From: the human T2T-CHM13v2.0 reference genome, Homo sapiens
Assembly: GCF_009914755.1 (NCBI RefSeq)
Contig: NC_060926.1
Strand: one strand, 5' to 3'
Length of the DNA: 64,000 nt
Part shown: positions 41,322-58,722 of the stretch, piece after piece
How positions within the stretch are numbered: the first letter of the stretch is position 1
How the letters are laid out: each line of letters begins with the position of its first letter
Translations under genes and position numbers: made by a program
The notes under the pieces: generated by a model
Seen by the model: only the letters and a program-made list of their open reading frames with translations
Database searches by the model: none
Told to the model about the DNA's origin: nothing

Positions 41322-41540
41322 GCAGTGTTTCTTAAAGTGTGGTCCAAGAACACATCATTTTAGTTGATAGTTAGTATCCAGGCACCTGGGCTCTGCTCCA
41401 AATCTCTAAAAGAAATTATTGCAAAGTGGCCCAGGAATGTGCATTTTACTAAATGTCCAATATCATCTTTATGCATACAAATGGTTGAAACAACTGGTCA
41501 AGATGTGGACAGGTTGAAACAACTGGTCAAGATGTGGATT
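41322..41540. mobile_element. MER5-type MITE with a duplicated 3' end
   Basis: cagtgtttcttaaagtgtggtcc...cccaggaatgtgcatttta. ggttgaaacaactggtcaagatgtgga is repeated at 41483-41509 and 41512-41538. Confidence 0.65.
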
Positions 41541-44244
41541 GTGGCCATGTGGCCATATAGTGCTTTTCAACAGCAGAGGTATTTCTCCCAGAGTAATAGA
41601 CAAGAACAGGTCCATAGAAATAGTTTCTCTACAGCCATCTGTTGTTCATTTTTCTTCTCCACATCCTGAGATGGGGCACACCAAAAAGAAAGTCATCATT
41701 TTTATTCGGTAACAACCACTGCATTTTATTTGGTAACAGCCACTATAGCATACCTGCTATAGTGACAGCCTCCTAAAAGGATGCCTCTTGCTGGTTAAAC
41801 ATTTATGTGCTTTGTGTGAGAGGGGCATTTCATATGCCATAAAACACTGGTGTTCCATTTTCATAGCTTTATTCTTTTTTTAAATTTCTGTACTTGTAAT
41901 TTTCAGTGATTTTTAATGGAGTTAGCCAAAAAAATAATGTTTCTCCCAAGTAGTGCACTATTATAGTGCTGTTTAGTGGTACTCCAATACAATACTCAAC
42001 CAATGAAATAAAGCAAAAATATGTCCCATACAGAGCACAGCACGCCATGGTCACTCTGATTTCTTAAGTGATGTGAAACAAAAAGTAACCAAGAAAAAGA
42101 AGACAAAGTGTTTGTGGAGACAGCTTTATGGCTCCAAAATTACATTTTTACATTTATAGAAACAGCAACAGAATAATTTGATTCATTCCCTGTGTGTAAA
42201 GGGATGCAATGTTGATTGAAAACCGTCAGTCAAAAGTACGTTGTGCCTAGGAAACTATACATAGTGCTAATCGGGAGTCTTTGTAAAGAGATAATTCACT
42301 GAGCATTTGATAAATAAGCACAATGGGTATGCTCTACACACTAGTAGAGCCTGAGTCTTATCTGCCCCAAATTAAATGCTTTGTAGCCCATGCTTATGGT
42401 GAAGATCCATTTTCAAGCATTAGCCAAAGCATTGTGCCACAAAATTATTAAAAACTCAAAGAAATGAAAATTAACCAGATTTTATTATTATATATAATTC
42501 TGCATAAAACAGCCAAAAAGTGGAAAAGCTTAGGCAACTTCCTTGTCATTTTTCTCTATAACATTAAGCAATGAAACTCAATGACGTTTTCAGTTACTTT
42601 TAGTAAATTTACAAGCGCCTTCCCTAAAATGTATACATGTGAAAAGATAGGGATAAGAAATCAAATTAGTGATGTATATATACTAAAGACATTAGGGTGG
42701 CCAGGAGATAGCTCTAAGCTGGAATAATCAAGAAGGCTTCCTGGAAGAAGGGGACATTGAGCTGAACCTTTATAGGAATTGGGGAACAGAAGATGGGAGA
42801 AGATGGTAGTAATAACATGATATGAAAAAGTGCATTTGGTAGATTATGTGCTTAAATATAGTTGTAGGAAAATATGTGTGTTGAGAAGGAGTAAGAAATC
42901 AGATTGGATATCCTGGGAAAGATGTCAGAATAGGAACAGCTCTGGTCTGCAGCTCCCAGTGAGACCAATGCAGAAGGCGGATGATTTCTGCATTTCCAAC
43001 TGAGGTACCAGGTTCATCTCATTGGGACTGGTTAGACAGTGGGTGCAGCCCACAGAGGGCAAGCAGAAGCAGGGTGGGGCGTCACCTCACCCAGGAAGCA
43101 CAAGGGATCGGGAACTCCCTCCCCTAACCAAGGGAAGCCATGAGGGACTGTGTGTGAGGAACAGTGCATTCTGGCCCAGATACTATGCTTTTCCCACATC
43201 TTCACAACACACAGACCAGGAGATTCCATCAGGTGCTTTCATCACCAGGGCCCTGGGTTTCAAGCACAAAACTGGGTGGCTGTTTGGGCAGACACCAAGC
43301 TAGCTGCAGGAATTTTTTTTTCATATCCCAGTGGCACCTGGAATGCCAGCAAGAGAGAACTGTTCACTCCCTTGGAAAGGGGGCTGAAGCCAGGGAGCCA
43401 AGTGGTCTTGCTCAGTGGATCCCACTCCCACGGAGGCCAGCAGGCTAAGATCCACTGGCTTAAAATTCTCACTGGCAGCACAGCAGTCTGAAGTAGACCT
43501 GGGACGTTCAAGCTTGGTGGAGGGAGGGACATCTGCCATTAGTGAGGCTTGAGTAGGTGGTTTTCCCCTCACAGTGTAAACAAAGCTCCCTGGAAGTTTG
43601 GACTTGGAGCCCACCACAATGCCACAAAGCCACTGTAGCCAGGCTGCCTCTCTAGATTCCTCCTCTCTGGGCAGGGCATCTCTGAAAGAAAGGCAGCAGC
43701 CCCAGTCAGGGGCTTATAGATAAAATTCCCATTTCCCTGGGACAGAGCACCTGGGGGAACGGGCGGCTGTGGGCACAGCTTCAGGAGACTTAAACATTCC
43801 TGCCTGCTGACTCTGAAGAGAGCAGCGGATCTCCCAGTACAGTGCTCTAGCTGTGGTAAGGGACAGACTGCCTCCTCAAGTGGGTCCCTGACCCCCGTGC
43901 CTCCTGACTGGGAGACATCTCCCAGCAGGGATCAACAGACACCTCTTACAGGAGAGCTCTGGCTGGCATCTGCTGGGTGCCCCTCTGGGACGAAGCTTCC
44001 AGAGGAAGGAGCAGGCAGCAATCTTTGCTGTTCTGCAGCCTCTGCTGGTGATACCCAGGCAAACAGGGTCTGGAGTGGACCCCCAGCAAACTCCAGCAGA
44101 CCTGCAGAAGAGGGGCCTGACTGTTAGAAGGAAAACTAACAAACAGAAAGCAATAGCATCAACATCAACAAAAAGGACGACAACACAAAAACTTCATCTG
44201 AAGGTCACCAACAGCAAAGACCAAAGGTAAATAAATCCAAGAAG

Positions 44245-45243
44245 ATGAGGAAAAACCAGCGCAAAAAGGCTGAAAATTTCAAAAACCGGAATGACTCTTC
44301 TCTTCCAAAGGATCACAACTCCTCACCAGCGAGGGAACAAAACTGTATGGAGAATGGGTTTGATGAATTGACAGAAGTAGGCTTCAGAAGATGGGTAATA
44401 ACAAACTCCTCCGAGCTAAAGGAGCATGTTTTAACCCAATGCAGGGAAGCTAAGAACCTTGATAAAAGGTTAGAGGAATTGCCAACTAGAATAACCAATT
44501 TAGAGAAGAACACAAATGACCCAATGGAGCTGAAAAACACAGCACAAGAACTTTGTGAAACATACACAAGTATGAATAGCCAAATCAAACAAGCAGAAGA
44601 AAGGATATCAGAGATTGAAGGCCAACTTAATGAAATAAAGTGTGAAGATAAGATTAGAGAAAAAAGAATGAAAAGGAATGAACAAAGCCTCCAACAAATA
44701 TGGGACTATGTGAAAAGACCAAACCTACGTTTGATTGGTGTACCTGAAAGTGACGGGGATAATGGAACCAAGTTGGAAAACACACTTCAGGATATTATCC
44801 AGGAAAACTTCTTCAACCTAGCAAGACAGGCCAATATTCAAATTCAGGAAATACAGAGAATGCCACAAAGATACTCCTTGAGAAGAGCAACTCCAAGACA
44901 CATAATTGTCAGATCACCAAGGTTGAAATGAAGGAAAAAAATGTTAAGGGCAGCCAGAGAGAAAGTTCTAGTTACCCACAAAGGGAAGCCCATCAGGCTA
45001 ACAGTGGACCTCTCTGCAAAAACCCTACAACCCACAAGAGAGTGGGGGCCAATATTCAACATTCTTAAAGGAAAGAACTTTCAATCCAGAATTTCATATC
45101 CAGCCAAACTAAGCTTCATAAGCGAAGGAGAAATACAATCCTTTACAGACAAGCAACTGCTGAGAGATTTTGTCACCACCAGGCCTGCCTTACAAGAGCT
45201 CCTGAAGGAAGCACTAAACATGGAAAGGAAAAACTGGTACTAG
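44245..45243 (+). pseudogene. L1 ORF1p, frameshifted
   Basis: Split into ORFs 44245-44931 (MRKNQRKKAEN...WDYVKRPNLRLIGVPE...) and 44941-45243 (...LRAAREK...YPAKLSF...). Confidence 0.9.
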
Positions 45244-45333
45244 CCGTTGCGAAAACAACCCAAAATCTAAGAACCGTTGACACTATGAGGAAACTGAATC
45301 AACTAATGGGCAAAATAACCAGCTAGCATTGTA

Positions 45334-49150
<3,817 letters not shown>

Positions 49151-50279
49151 ACAATGAGAACATATGGGCACAGGAAAGGGAACATCACACACTGGGGCTT
49201 GTCGGGTGGTGGGGGGCAAGGGGAAGGATAGCATTAGGAGAAATACCTGATGTAGATGACGGGTTGATGGGTGCAGCAAACCACCATGGCACGCGTATAT
49301 TTATGTAACAAACATGCATATTCTGCATATGTATCCCATAACTTAAAGTATAATAACGAAAAAAAAGAAATCAGATTCAAAAAGTGAATTCATTGAAAAC
49401 TGGTAGGTTCCTTGGGACTTTATGGGGTTCAGGCAACACCTTCTGTTCTAGGGTCTTTAAAATATATGCCCCTGAGAATAAAATACCTATGCACAAATGA
49501 GAGCCCATCTTACCATCTTAGCTTAGTGACATCTAACAAAACTCCAATGTATGAGGCATCACATTTTTTAGCTACTCTACTATCTGAGGGTTCACTGATG
49601 ATTCATGTCACCTCCTTCTAGGTTTTTTTTCTATCTTGCTGGCTTCTCTCCTTCCCTCCTTTTCTCTGACCTTTACTCATTTTCGTTTCTTTTATCCAGA
49701 GGGAGAAAAAACAAACAAACACACAAGAAATTCCTCCCTTCATTTCCTGACAGCTTCCCCTTTCTCTGATGGCTTGTTTACTGCTGATATCCAGGCTCTG
49801 CTCCAAGTGGGGAAGGAGTAACCAATCAAGTTATTTTCAAATAAGACCGTTTTCTTCCTAACAGACATTCTGGTGCTGGCTATTAAAATCTTAAAAATTT
49901 AACATCATTGCACATACAATGACAAATGACAAATGTAACAAGTAAGTATAATCCCCTTTTGTTCCTGAGGTCTCTGCCTCACTAACTTGAACACTCCATC
50001 TACGTTTTCTTTCAAAGTAGCACTGTATTATTTTCAGGTGATCAGTGTTCTTTCTCTGCCCTCTCCCTTCTCCTCTCTCCTTTTCCCTCCACCTCTCCCG
50101 TGCTACGATGAGAGGGATATTAAGCTCTCTCTGTCAGGAAGAGTCACTTAAGACTTGGTGTCCTTTAAACTGCTCCTTGGAAGCAACTAATATTCATTAC
50201 TTTTTAACGACTTCTTGCCCACCTGAATGTGGGTTTTACATTCATATACATCCTCTTCTTTACCTCCATAACCATATGA

Positions 50280-50586
<307 letters not shown>

Positions 50587-51031
50587 CCCATTTTTATAAA
50601 TGTGGTAACACAAGATTACAGAAATAACCGGTTCAAGACAATACAGCAAATTCAAGACAGAGTAGGTCTTTGAAAGTAACTCTGTCCTCAGGGATTTGAA
50701 AGCAAGTTTGTCTGATTTTGAAATACTTTCTATTATTGCAGCTTCTCGTTTTTCTTAAATATTTGGCTTGACTGAAAGAATTACGGCTGCACTAATGTAA
50801 AATAGCTACCAGTATGTCATCTCTCAAATTACTATTAAAACTCAAATTTTCCACAAATGTACCTCATATTATGAGCCTTATTATGCAATTTTCTGTACTC
50901 CAATCACAGAAAATATCTAACCAGTAGATATTTCCATTCTCGAAGGACTTTAGAGTATATCCCAGATTTCTTAGTTCAGACTCATCCCTCCCAGCCTTCA
51001 AGCCCCTTCTCTGTATGTCCTTAAACACTAC

Positions 51032-51064
51032 TATATTAGAGTTCTCCAGAGAAACAGAACCAAT

Positions 51065-51115
<51 letters not shown>

Positions 51116-51468
51116 AGAAAGAGAGATTTATTTTAAGATATTGACTTACATGATATGGCTGGTAAGTCCAAAATCTGCAGGGTCTACTGGCAGACTAGAG
51201 ACTCAGAGAAGAGTTACTATCTGAGTTCTAAGACTGCCTGGAGGCAGAATTCCCTCTTCACTGAGGAACTTCTTTCACTTAAGGCCTTCAACTGATTGGA
51301 TGAGGTTTATCTATGTTAGGTAGGGCAACCTTCTTTACTCGAAGTCTACTGATTTAAATGTTAATTCTATCCAAAAAATACTTTTACTGAAACATCTAGA
51401 ATAGTGTTTGAACCAAGTTTCTGGGTATCATGACCTAGCCAAGGTGACAGACAGAATTAACCGTCATA
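51032..51468 (-). mobile_element. MLT2 (ERVL) solo LTR with 5-bp TSD
   Basis: tattagagttctccagagaaacagaaccaatagg...aaggccttcaactgattggatgagg...aattaaccgtcata. Perfect TSD actac at 51027-51031 and 51469-51473. Confidence 0.85.
51068..51113. repeat. (TG)n microsatellite inside MLT2
   Basis: About 23 GT units, directly visible. Confidence 0.95.
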
Positions 51469-51649
51469 ACTACTTACCCCTAAGCTGCTGTTTTTCTTAG
51501 ATTTATATCTTCGTGTGCAGAGAAGAATGTCGGGAAGAATATACACTAGAATGTTTACAACTAGAGAGAATGTGCCACCTTAGGCTACGGAGAAAAGGGA
51601 GAAAATTAATTTTGGGTAAGTACCATTTTGAATTGCTCAAATTTTTTGA

Positions 51650-52265
51650 GTGCATTGTTATTTTCAAATTAATTTTAACCAAAATAACACATCACATAAA
51701 GTAAAATAGTACTACAAAGCTTGTGAGGAAGTTCACAGGCCTCTTTTCTACCTCTCCATGCTCTGATTCACATTCCCCACAGGCATTCACTTTCAACTCT
51801 TTAAGCTATTTTTTCTGGTTTTAAACTCTATATTTTGAATAACACATTTGTACTGCTATTTCTTGGCTTTCCCATTTCAGACATTATCTGTTGACATGAC
51901 ATTCCACCATGGAAAATGGATATTTATACTAACCTCTTACCCAGCCCCATACACTCTTCTACTTTCTCTCACTCCATTTCCCTCAAATCATGTCATATTT
52001 GGGTCAAATATATATTGAATGTTACATTAATATGCCAGCATAAATATAGCAATGTAGTACACTATATTGCTTCCATAGCAAAGCAATATAGTGTAGTATA
52101 ATGGCATCTTCTTTCTTATACAACTTTCTCCTCCTGAAAATCACTTAATTTTATTTTGCTTACTTGCCTTCCTATGTTCTTATTGATAACTTACTTCTAA
52201 ACATTTATTAGCTCTCTAAACATCCTCTTAATATAACAGCTGGACACATAGCTAATCTATCAGTG
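51650..52265 (-). mobile_element. Old L1ME-type 3' fragment
   Basis: aaatagtactacaaagctt...ccccacaggcattcactttcaactctttaagc is an antisense L1ME-like pattern. Confidence 0.45.
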
Positions 52266-52269
52266 TCTT

Positions 52270-54107
<1,838 letters not shown>

Positions 54108-54260
54108 GTGTCACCAATGGAGGCTACAGAACAGCAAATATTGCAGAACAGCAAATGTTGCTGCCTGATCCTTCCTCTGAAAGCTTTGTCTCAGAGGGGC
54201 ACCTGGCTGTATGAGGTGTCAGTCGGCTCCTGCTGGGAGGTGTCTCCCAGTTAGGCTACT
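54108..54260 (-). mobile_element. Inverted fragment of a primate L1PA 5' UTR
   Basis: The reverse complement reads agtagcctaactgggagacacctcccagc...gaggaaggatcaggcagcaacatttgctgttctgcaatatttgctgttctg, homologous to 43895-44050. Confidence 0.8.
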
Positions 54261-54324
54261 AATCTAATCTTTTTTCATTCTTTATTAATTTTTATTCTCA
54301 TGCCTTGGTATCCAATAGTTATAA

Positions 54325-56315
54325 ACCTCTAACAAGACTGACAAAGAGAAAAAAAGAGAAGACCAATTTTTCCTATCAGGAATGGAACAAGATACATCAC
54401 CGTAAATGTCAAAAGAACAGTAAGAGAACACTATCAACAATACCATTTACATAAATTTGGTAACTTAGATAAAATGGACAAATTCTCCCCCAAAATCCAT
54501 TAATTATCACAACTCACCTGTTGTGAAGTAAATGACTTGAATAGCCCTATGTCTATTAAGAAAATTAATTTAAAATTAAATACTCCCCCCAAAAAAGGAA
54601 TCTTCAAGCCCAGATATTTTTACATACAAAAAATTCTACCAAAAATCTAAAGAAGATTTAACACCACTTCTACACAGTCTTTTCTAGAAAAGAGGAGCTG
54701 AGGGAACATTTTCAGTAATTTATATAAAACTAACAATAACCTGATACCAAAATCAAACACAGAACAAACAAAAGTACAGATCAATATCTCTCATGTATAT
54801 AGACACAAAAATGCTTTATAAAATTAATAAATAAAATTTAACATTTTGTAAAAGGAATTTGTCATGACCAAATGGGGTTTATTCCAGGTGTGCAAGCCTC
54901 TTCAACACTGAAAACTCAATCAATGTAATTCAATCAATGTGGTCCAATAGACTAAAGAAGAAAAAAAAATCAAGCTGTAGACAAGCTATAAACCTGGAGA
55001 GAGTATTTTCAAAGATATCTGAAAAAGAACTTATATGTAAAATATTTGTAAACTTATACATAGAACACTCAAAAATCAACATTAAAGAGAATTCAATATG
55101 AAAATGGACAGAAGATGTGAAGAAGCATTCCCCTGAAGACATACTGATGGCAAATAAGCACATGAAAAGATGTTCAACAGTCTAGTCATTTGGGAATTGC
55201 AAATTAAAACCACAATAAGATATTAGCATACACCTATTAGGACAGCTAAAATAAAAAATAGTGACAATACCAAATGATGGCGAGGATTCGGAGAAACTGA
55301 ATCACTCATGCATTGTTGATGGGACTGTAAAATGGTACAGTCCCTTTGGAAAATAGTTTGGCTCTTTCTCAAAAGACTAAATATACTCTTACCATATGTT
55401 CCAGCAGTGAGCATTGACACTCCTTGATATTTACCCAAAGAAGTAGAAAATATATGTTCACACAAAAACTCACGCATGGATGTTGATAACAGCTTTATTC
55501 ATAATTACCAAAACTTGGAAGCAACTACAATGCCCTTCAGTAGGTGAATGGATGAATAAACTGTGGTACATCCAGACAATAGAATATTATTCAGCACTAA
55601 AAAGAAATGAGCTACTAAGCGGTAAAAAGACATAGAAGCACCTTAAATACATGTTACTAAGTGAAAGAAGCCAGCCTGAAAAGACTACATAGTATATGAT
55701 TCCAACTACTACTACATGACCCAGCGATTAAACTCTTGAGACTTTATCCTAGAGAAATGAAGAATTATGTTCATTCAAAAACCTGTTCACAAATGACTAT
55801 AGCCTCATTATTAGTAATAGCCAAAAACTAGAAGCAACCTAGATACCCTGCAACAAATGAATGGTTAGACAAACTGTGATACGTTTGTGTGATAGAGTAC
55901 TACGTCACAAAAAAAGGAATGAACTACTTGTTACAGGAAGTCACCTGGATGAATCTCCAGAGAATTATGCTGAGTGAAAAGAGCCAAGCCCAAAGATGAC
56001 CTACTGTTCGATTCCATTTATATAACGTTCGTGAAATGGTAAAATATAAAAATGGAGCACAGATTAGTGGTTGCTGAGAGTTAAGGAAGGAGTGGGGAGA
56101 TAATTGTGTATGGCTATAAAAGGGCCATTTGAGTGATGCTTGTGATAATGACAGTCTTCTGTATCTCATATGCCAATATCCTGGTTGTGATATTACATTA
56201 TAATTTTGTAAAATTATAATTAGGAGAAACTGGTAAAAGTACATAGGATCTCTCTGCATTATTTCTTACAACTGCATGTCAACATACAATAAAATGAAAG
56301 GTTTGAAAAATGTTT
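54325..56315 (+). mobile_element. Old L1M fragments (ORF2 remnant plus two 3' segments)
   Basis: ttagataaaatggacaaattc, gatggcaaataagcacatgaaaagatgttc, and two successive ggaagcaac.../gaagcaacc 3' blocks. Confidence 0.7.
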
Positions 56316-57819
56316 AAAATCATATTTAAAATAGTATGTAAATTAAATCAGAAATAAGTTTGCTATGATGTTTTTCAGTGTCAATGCTTATGCTTGTGAG
56401 CATCGATGCAATTTTGTCCAAAAGCTAGCTATGAGGATGAACCAAGGACCAACCTCGTCATGAGAATATCTCATTTTGCAATATTACTTCTTAGACACAT
56501 GTTCTTCCCAATGCCTTTGCCCAAACAGAACCTGCTCACTTCTGATTAGTGAATAGTCTACATTATTCAATAATATTTTCAATATCTCAAATACTGAGTT
56601 CACAGCATGTGTTAATTAAGGACATCTTTTAACCTCAGTAGAATATAATATTGATTTCATGCCTGGTTCCAAACAACTATCTATTTGTAGTTAATAAGTT
56701 TTTTACATATCATTTAAGAACTTTTTATAGAATTTAGCACCTGGAAAAGTGGCATTGCTTATATTGACCTTTAAAACACTGAATAATATGAATATCAACA
56801 AATGAAGAAAATAGGCATATCAGTAGTAGAAAGTTTTTATCAGGGCATGAAACAAAAATCAAGTATTCCAACGTATTTTTCTTGTATTAGGGAGCTGTAG
56901 ATATACTGCCTTTTCTGTGCCTCACCCATGCTGGGCTTCCTTTGGTGATCTTGCATGCCTGCTCCAGTCCCATTAGGTCGGTTTCTTCAGGTCGCATGAG
57001 CCAAAAACCGTTGAATTTTTTCCTCTACAACCCTATTTTACAGCTTCCCCTGAGTACTCAAGGTTTTCTCTAGGACTTCTCAGATACGTTCTTTTTTTAA
57101 GGCTTAAAGACTAATAAAAAATAAAGAACTACTAAATCAGGAGTACAAAAATAATGCTTTATGTTAAGTGTTTTGACAGATGAACATTTTAACACAAAAT
57201 TTTACAATGGACCCTTTTCTTCTCCTAGACCTATCTGCCTCTCCCTGTGGCAATGGGTGCAATCTCTTTTAGAAGATTAAGGCTGAAGTCTAAAAACACA
57301 ATCCTTTGTGAAAGTTGAGGCTGGGTTCACAAGGTCCCAATCCCATTCCCCTTCCTCCTCCTCCAGGGCATAAAGAGACACTGCCCTTTATGCATTCCCT
57401 ACTTCTTTTCATCTCCTAATAGTTCTCATCTTTTCTACCTTTGGACATCTGGGCATCAACTAATGCTGTCTCCAATGTACTTACGGTTCAGCCAGGAGCA
57501 CAGAGAGCCTGAGCTATTCCGACTGTCTTCTTGAGAATAGTCCTCAACCCAGGCCTGTAGAACTTGTCAAAGTATGAGAGAGAAATGGTTTTAGTATTTT
57601 ATTACTTTAATTTCTGCTTTTTTACAATAATTTCTCCCTTTAAACTACTGCATTTCTTTTGACAGAGAAAGAGTGAAGCTCCTATTTCTGTTATATTTAT
57701 AATAAATTTACATTCACATTAAATGTGACAAATATTTCTTTAAATGGAAAATTTGGAGGGTGGTTTTTTTGATTTATAAAATCCACAGAGAAAAGATTTG
57801 TTAAATAATGTGCCAGTTT

Positions 57820-57940
57820 TTAGATTTAAAATTTATTTAATTTAATTTAATATATTAAATTTTATTTAATTTTAAATAAATTTAAAAAACATAATCCTTT
57901 GTAATTGTGATTTAAAATTTATTTAATTTTAAATAAGTAA
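57820..57940. repeat. AT-rich low-complexity tract with internal direct and inverted repeats
   Basis: gatttaaaatttatttaattt occurs twice, and ttaaataaatttaaaa is its approximate inverse. Confidence 0.7.
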
Positions 57941-58703
57941 TACATTCACATGGTTTAAACTACAAAACTACAAAATGTCTCCCTTACACCTTAGCTTCCA
58001 ACTCACCTAATTCTCCTCTGTTGAGGTAATCTTTTCAGCTTCTTGTCTATCCCTCCAGAGATACTGTACACATATAAAAGAAAATATATATCATTATACA
58101 AGTGGTAGGTCCCAAAACATGATTACACATCTTGCTTTTTCTTCCACTTTAGCCAAATGTCTTAGAGACTGTTCCATAGCAAGACATAAATATTCACTTC
58201 ATTTTTACTTATGAATTACCATAATTTATATAAATAGCTCTACTGATCAATAATGAGTCTCTTAAAAAATAATGGTATAATCTTGTACTTATATCAGGTC
58301 ACACACAGGAAAATACAGCTGTAGGTTCTCTAGTGTAAAATACATCTCTAGAAATTCAACTCCTTTTTTTTAAAAAAATCAGGGAGTTGTTATATCGACT
58401 ATAGAATTTTCATGTACTTAATAAATGTGTAAAGAGAAATGGTTTTAAACGGTGTTTTAATTCAAATTGGTAACATGCTATGAATTTTATGAGGAAGTAG
58501 ATCTTAAGATATGAAAATTATATGTGTACTTCTTTTTGCTTTTGTTTGTTAGTTTTTATTTTCTCCTCCTTTTTTTCCTTTTTATTTTCATGGTCTTCTC
58601 TTTTTCTTTCCTCCCGCCTTTCTTACTTTTCCTCCGCTCTCCCTTCCTTCCCTCTTCTATCCTTCTATTTGGTTTCTATCAATGGTCAGATTGAGAGCCG
58701 TGT

Positions 58704-58722
58704 AACCACTAGGTGGTGGTAC
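58704..58722 (+). promoter_or_regulatory. CTCF-like motif (forward)
   Basis: AACCACTAGGTGGTGGTAC; core CCACTAGGTGG. Confidence 0.5.

Noticed and set aside
43022-44230. Cluster of 60-113 aa ORFs on both strands
   Set aside because: All lie in the GC-richer L1 5' UTR, where open frames arise by chance. None is recognisably an intact ORF0.
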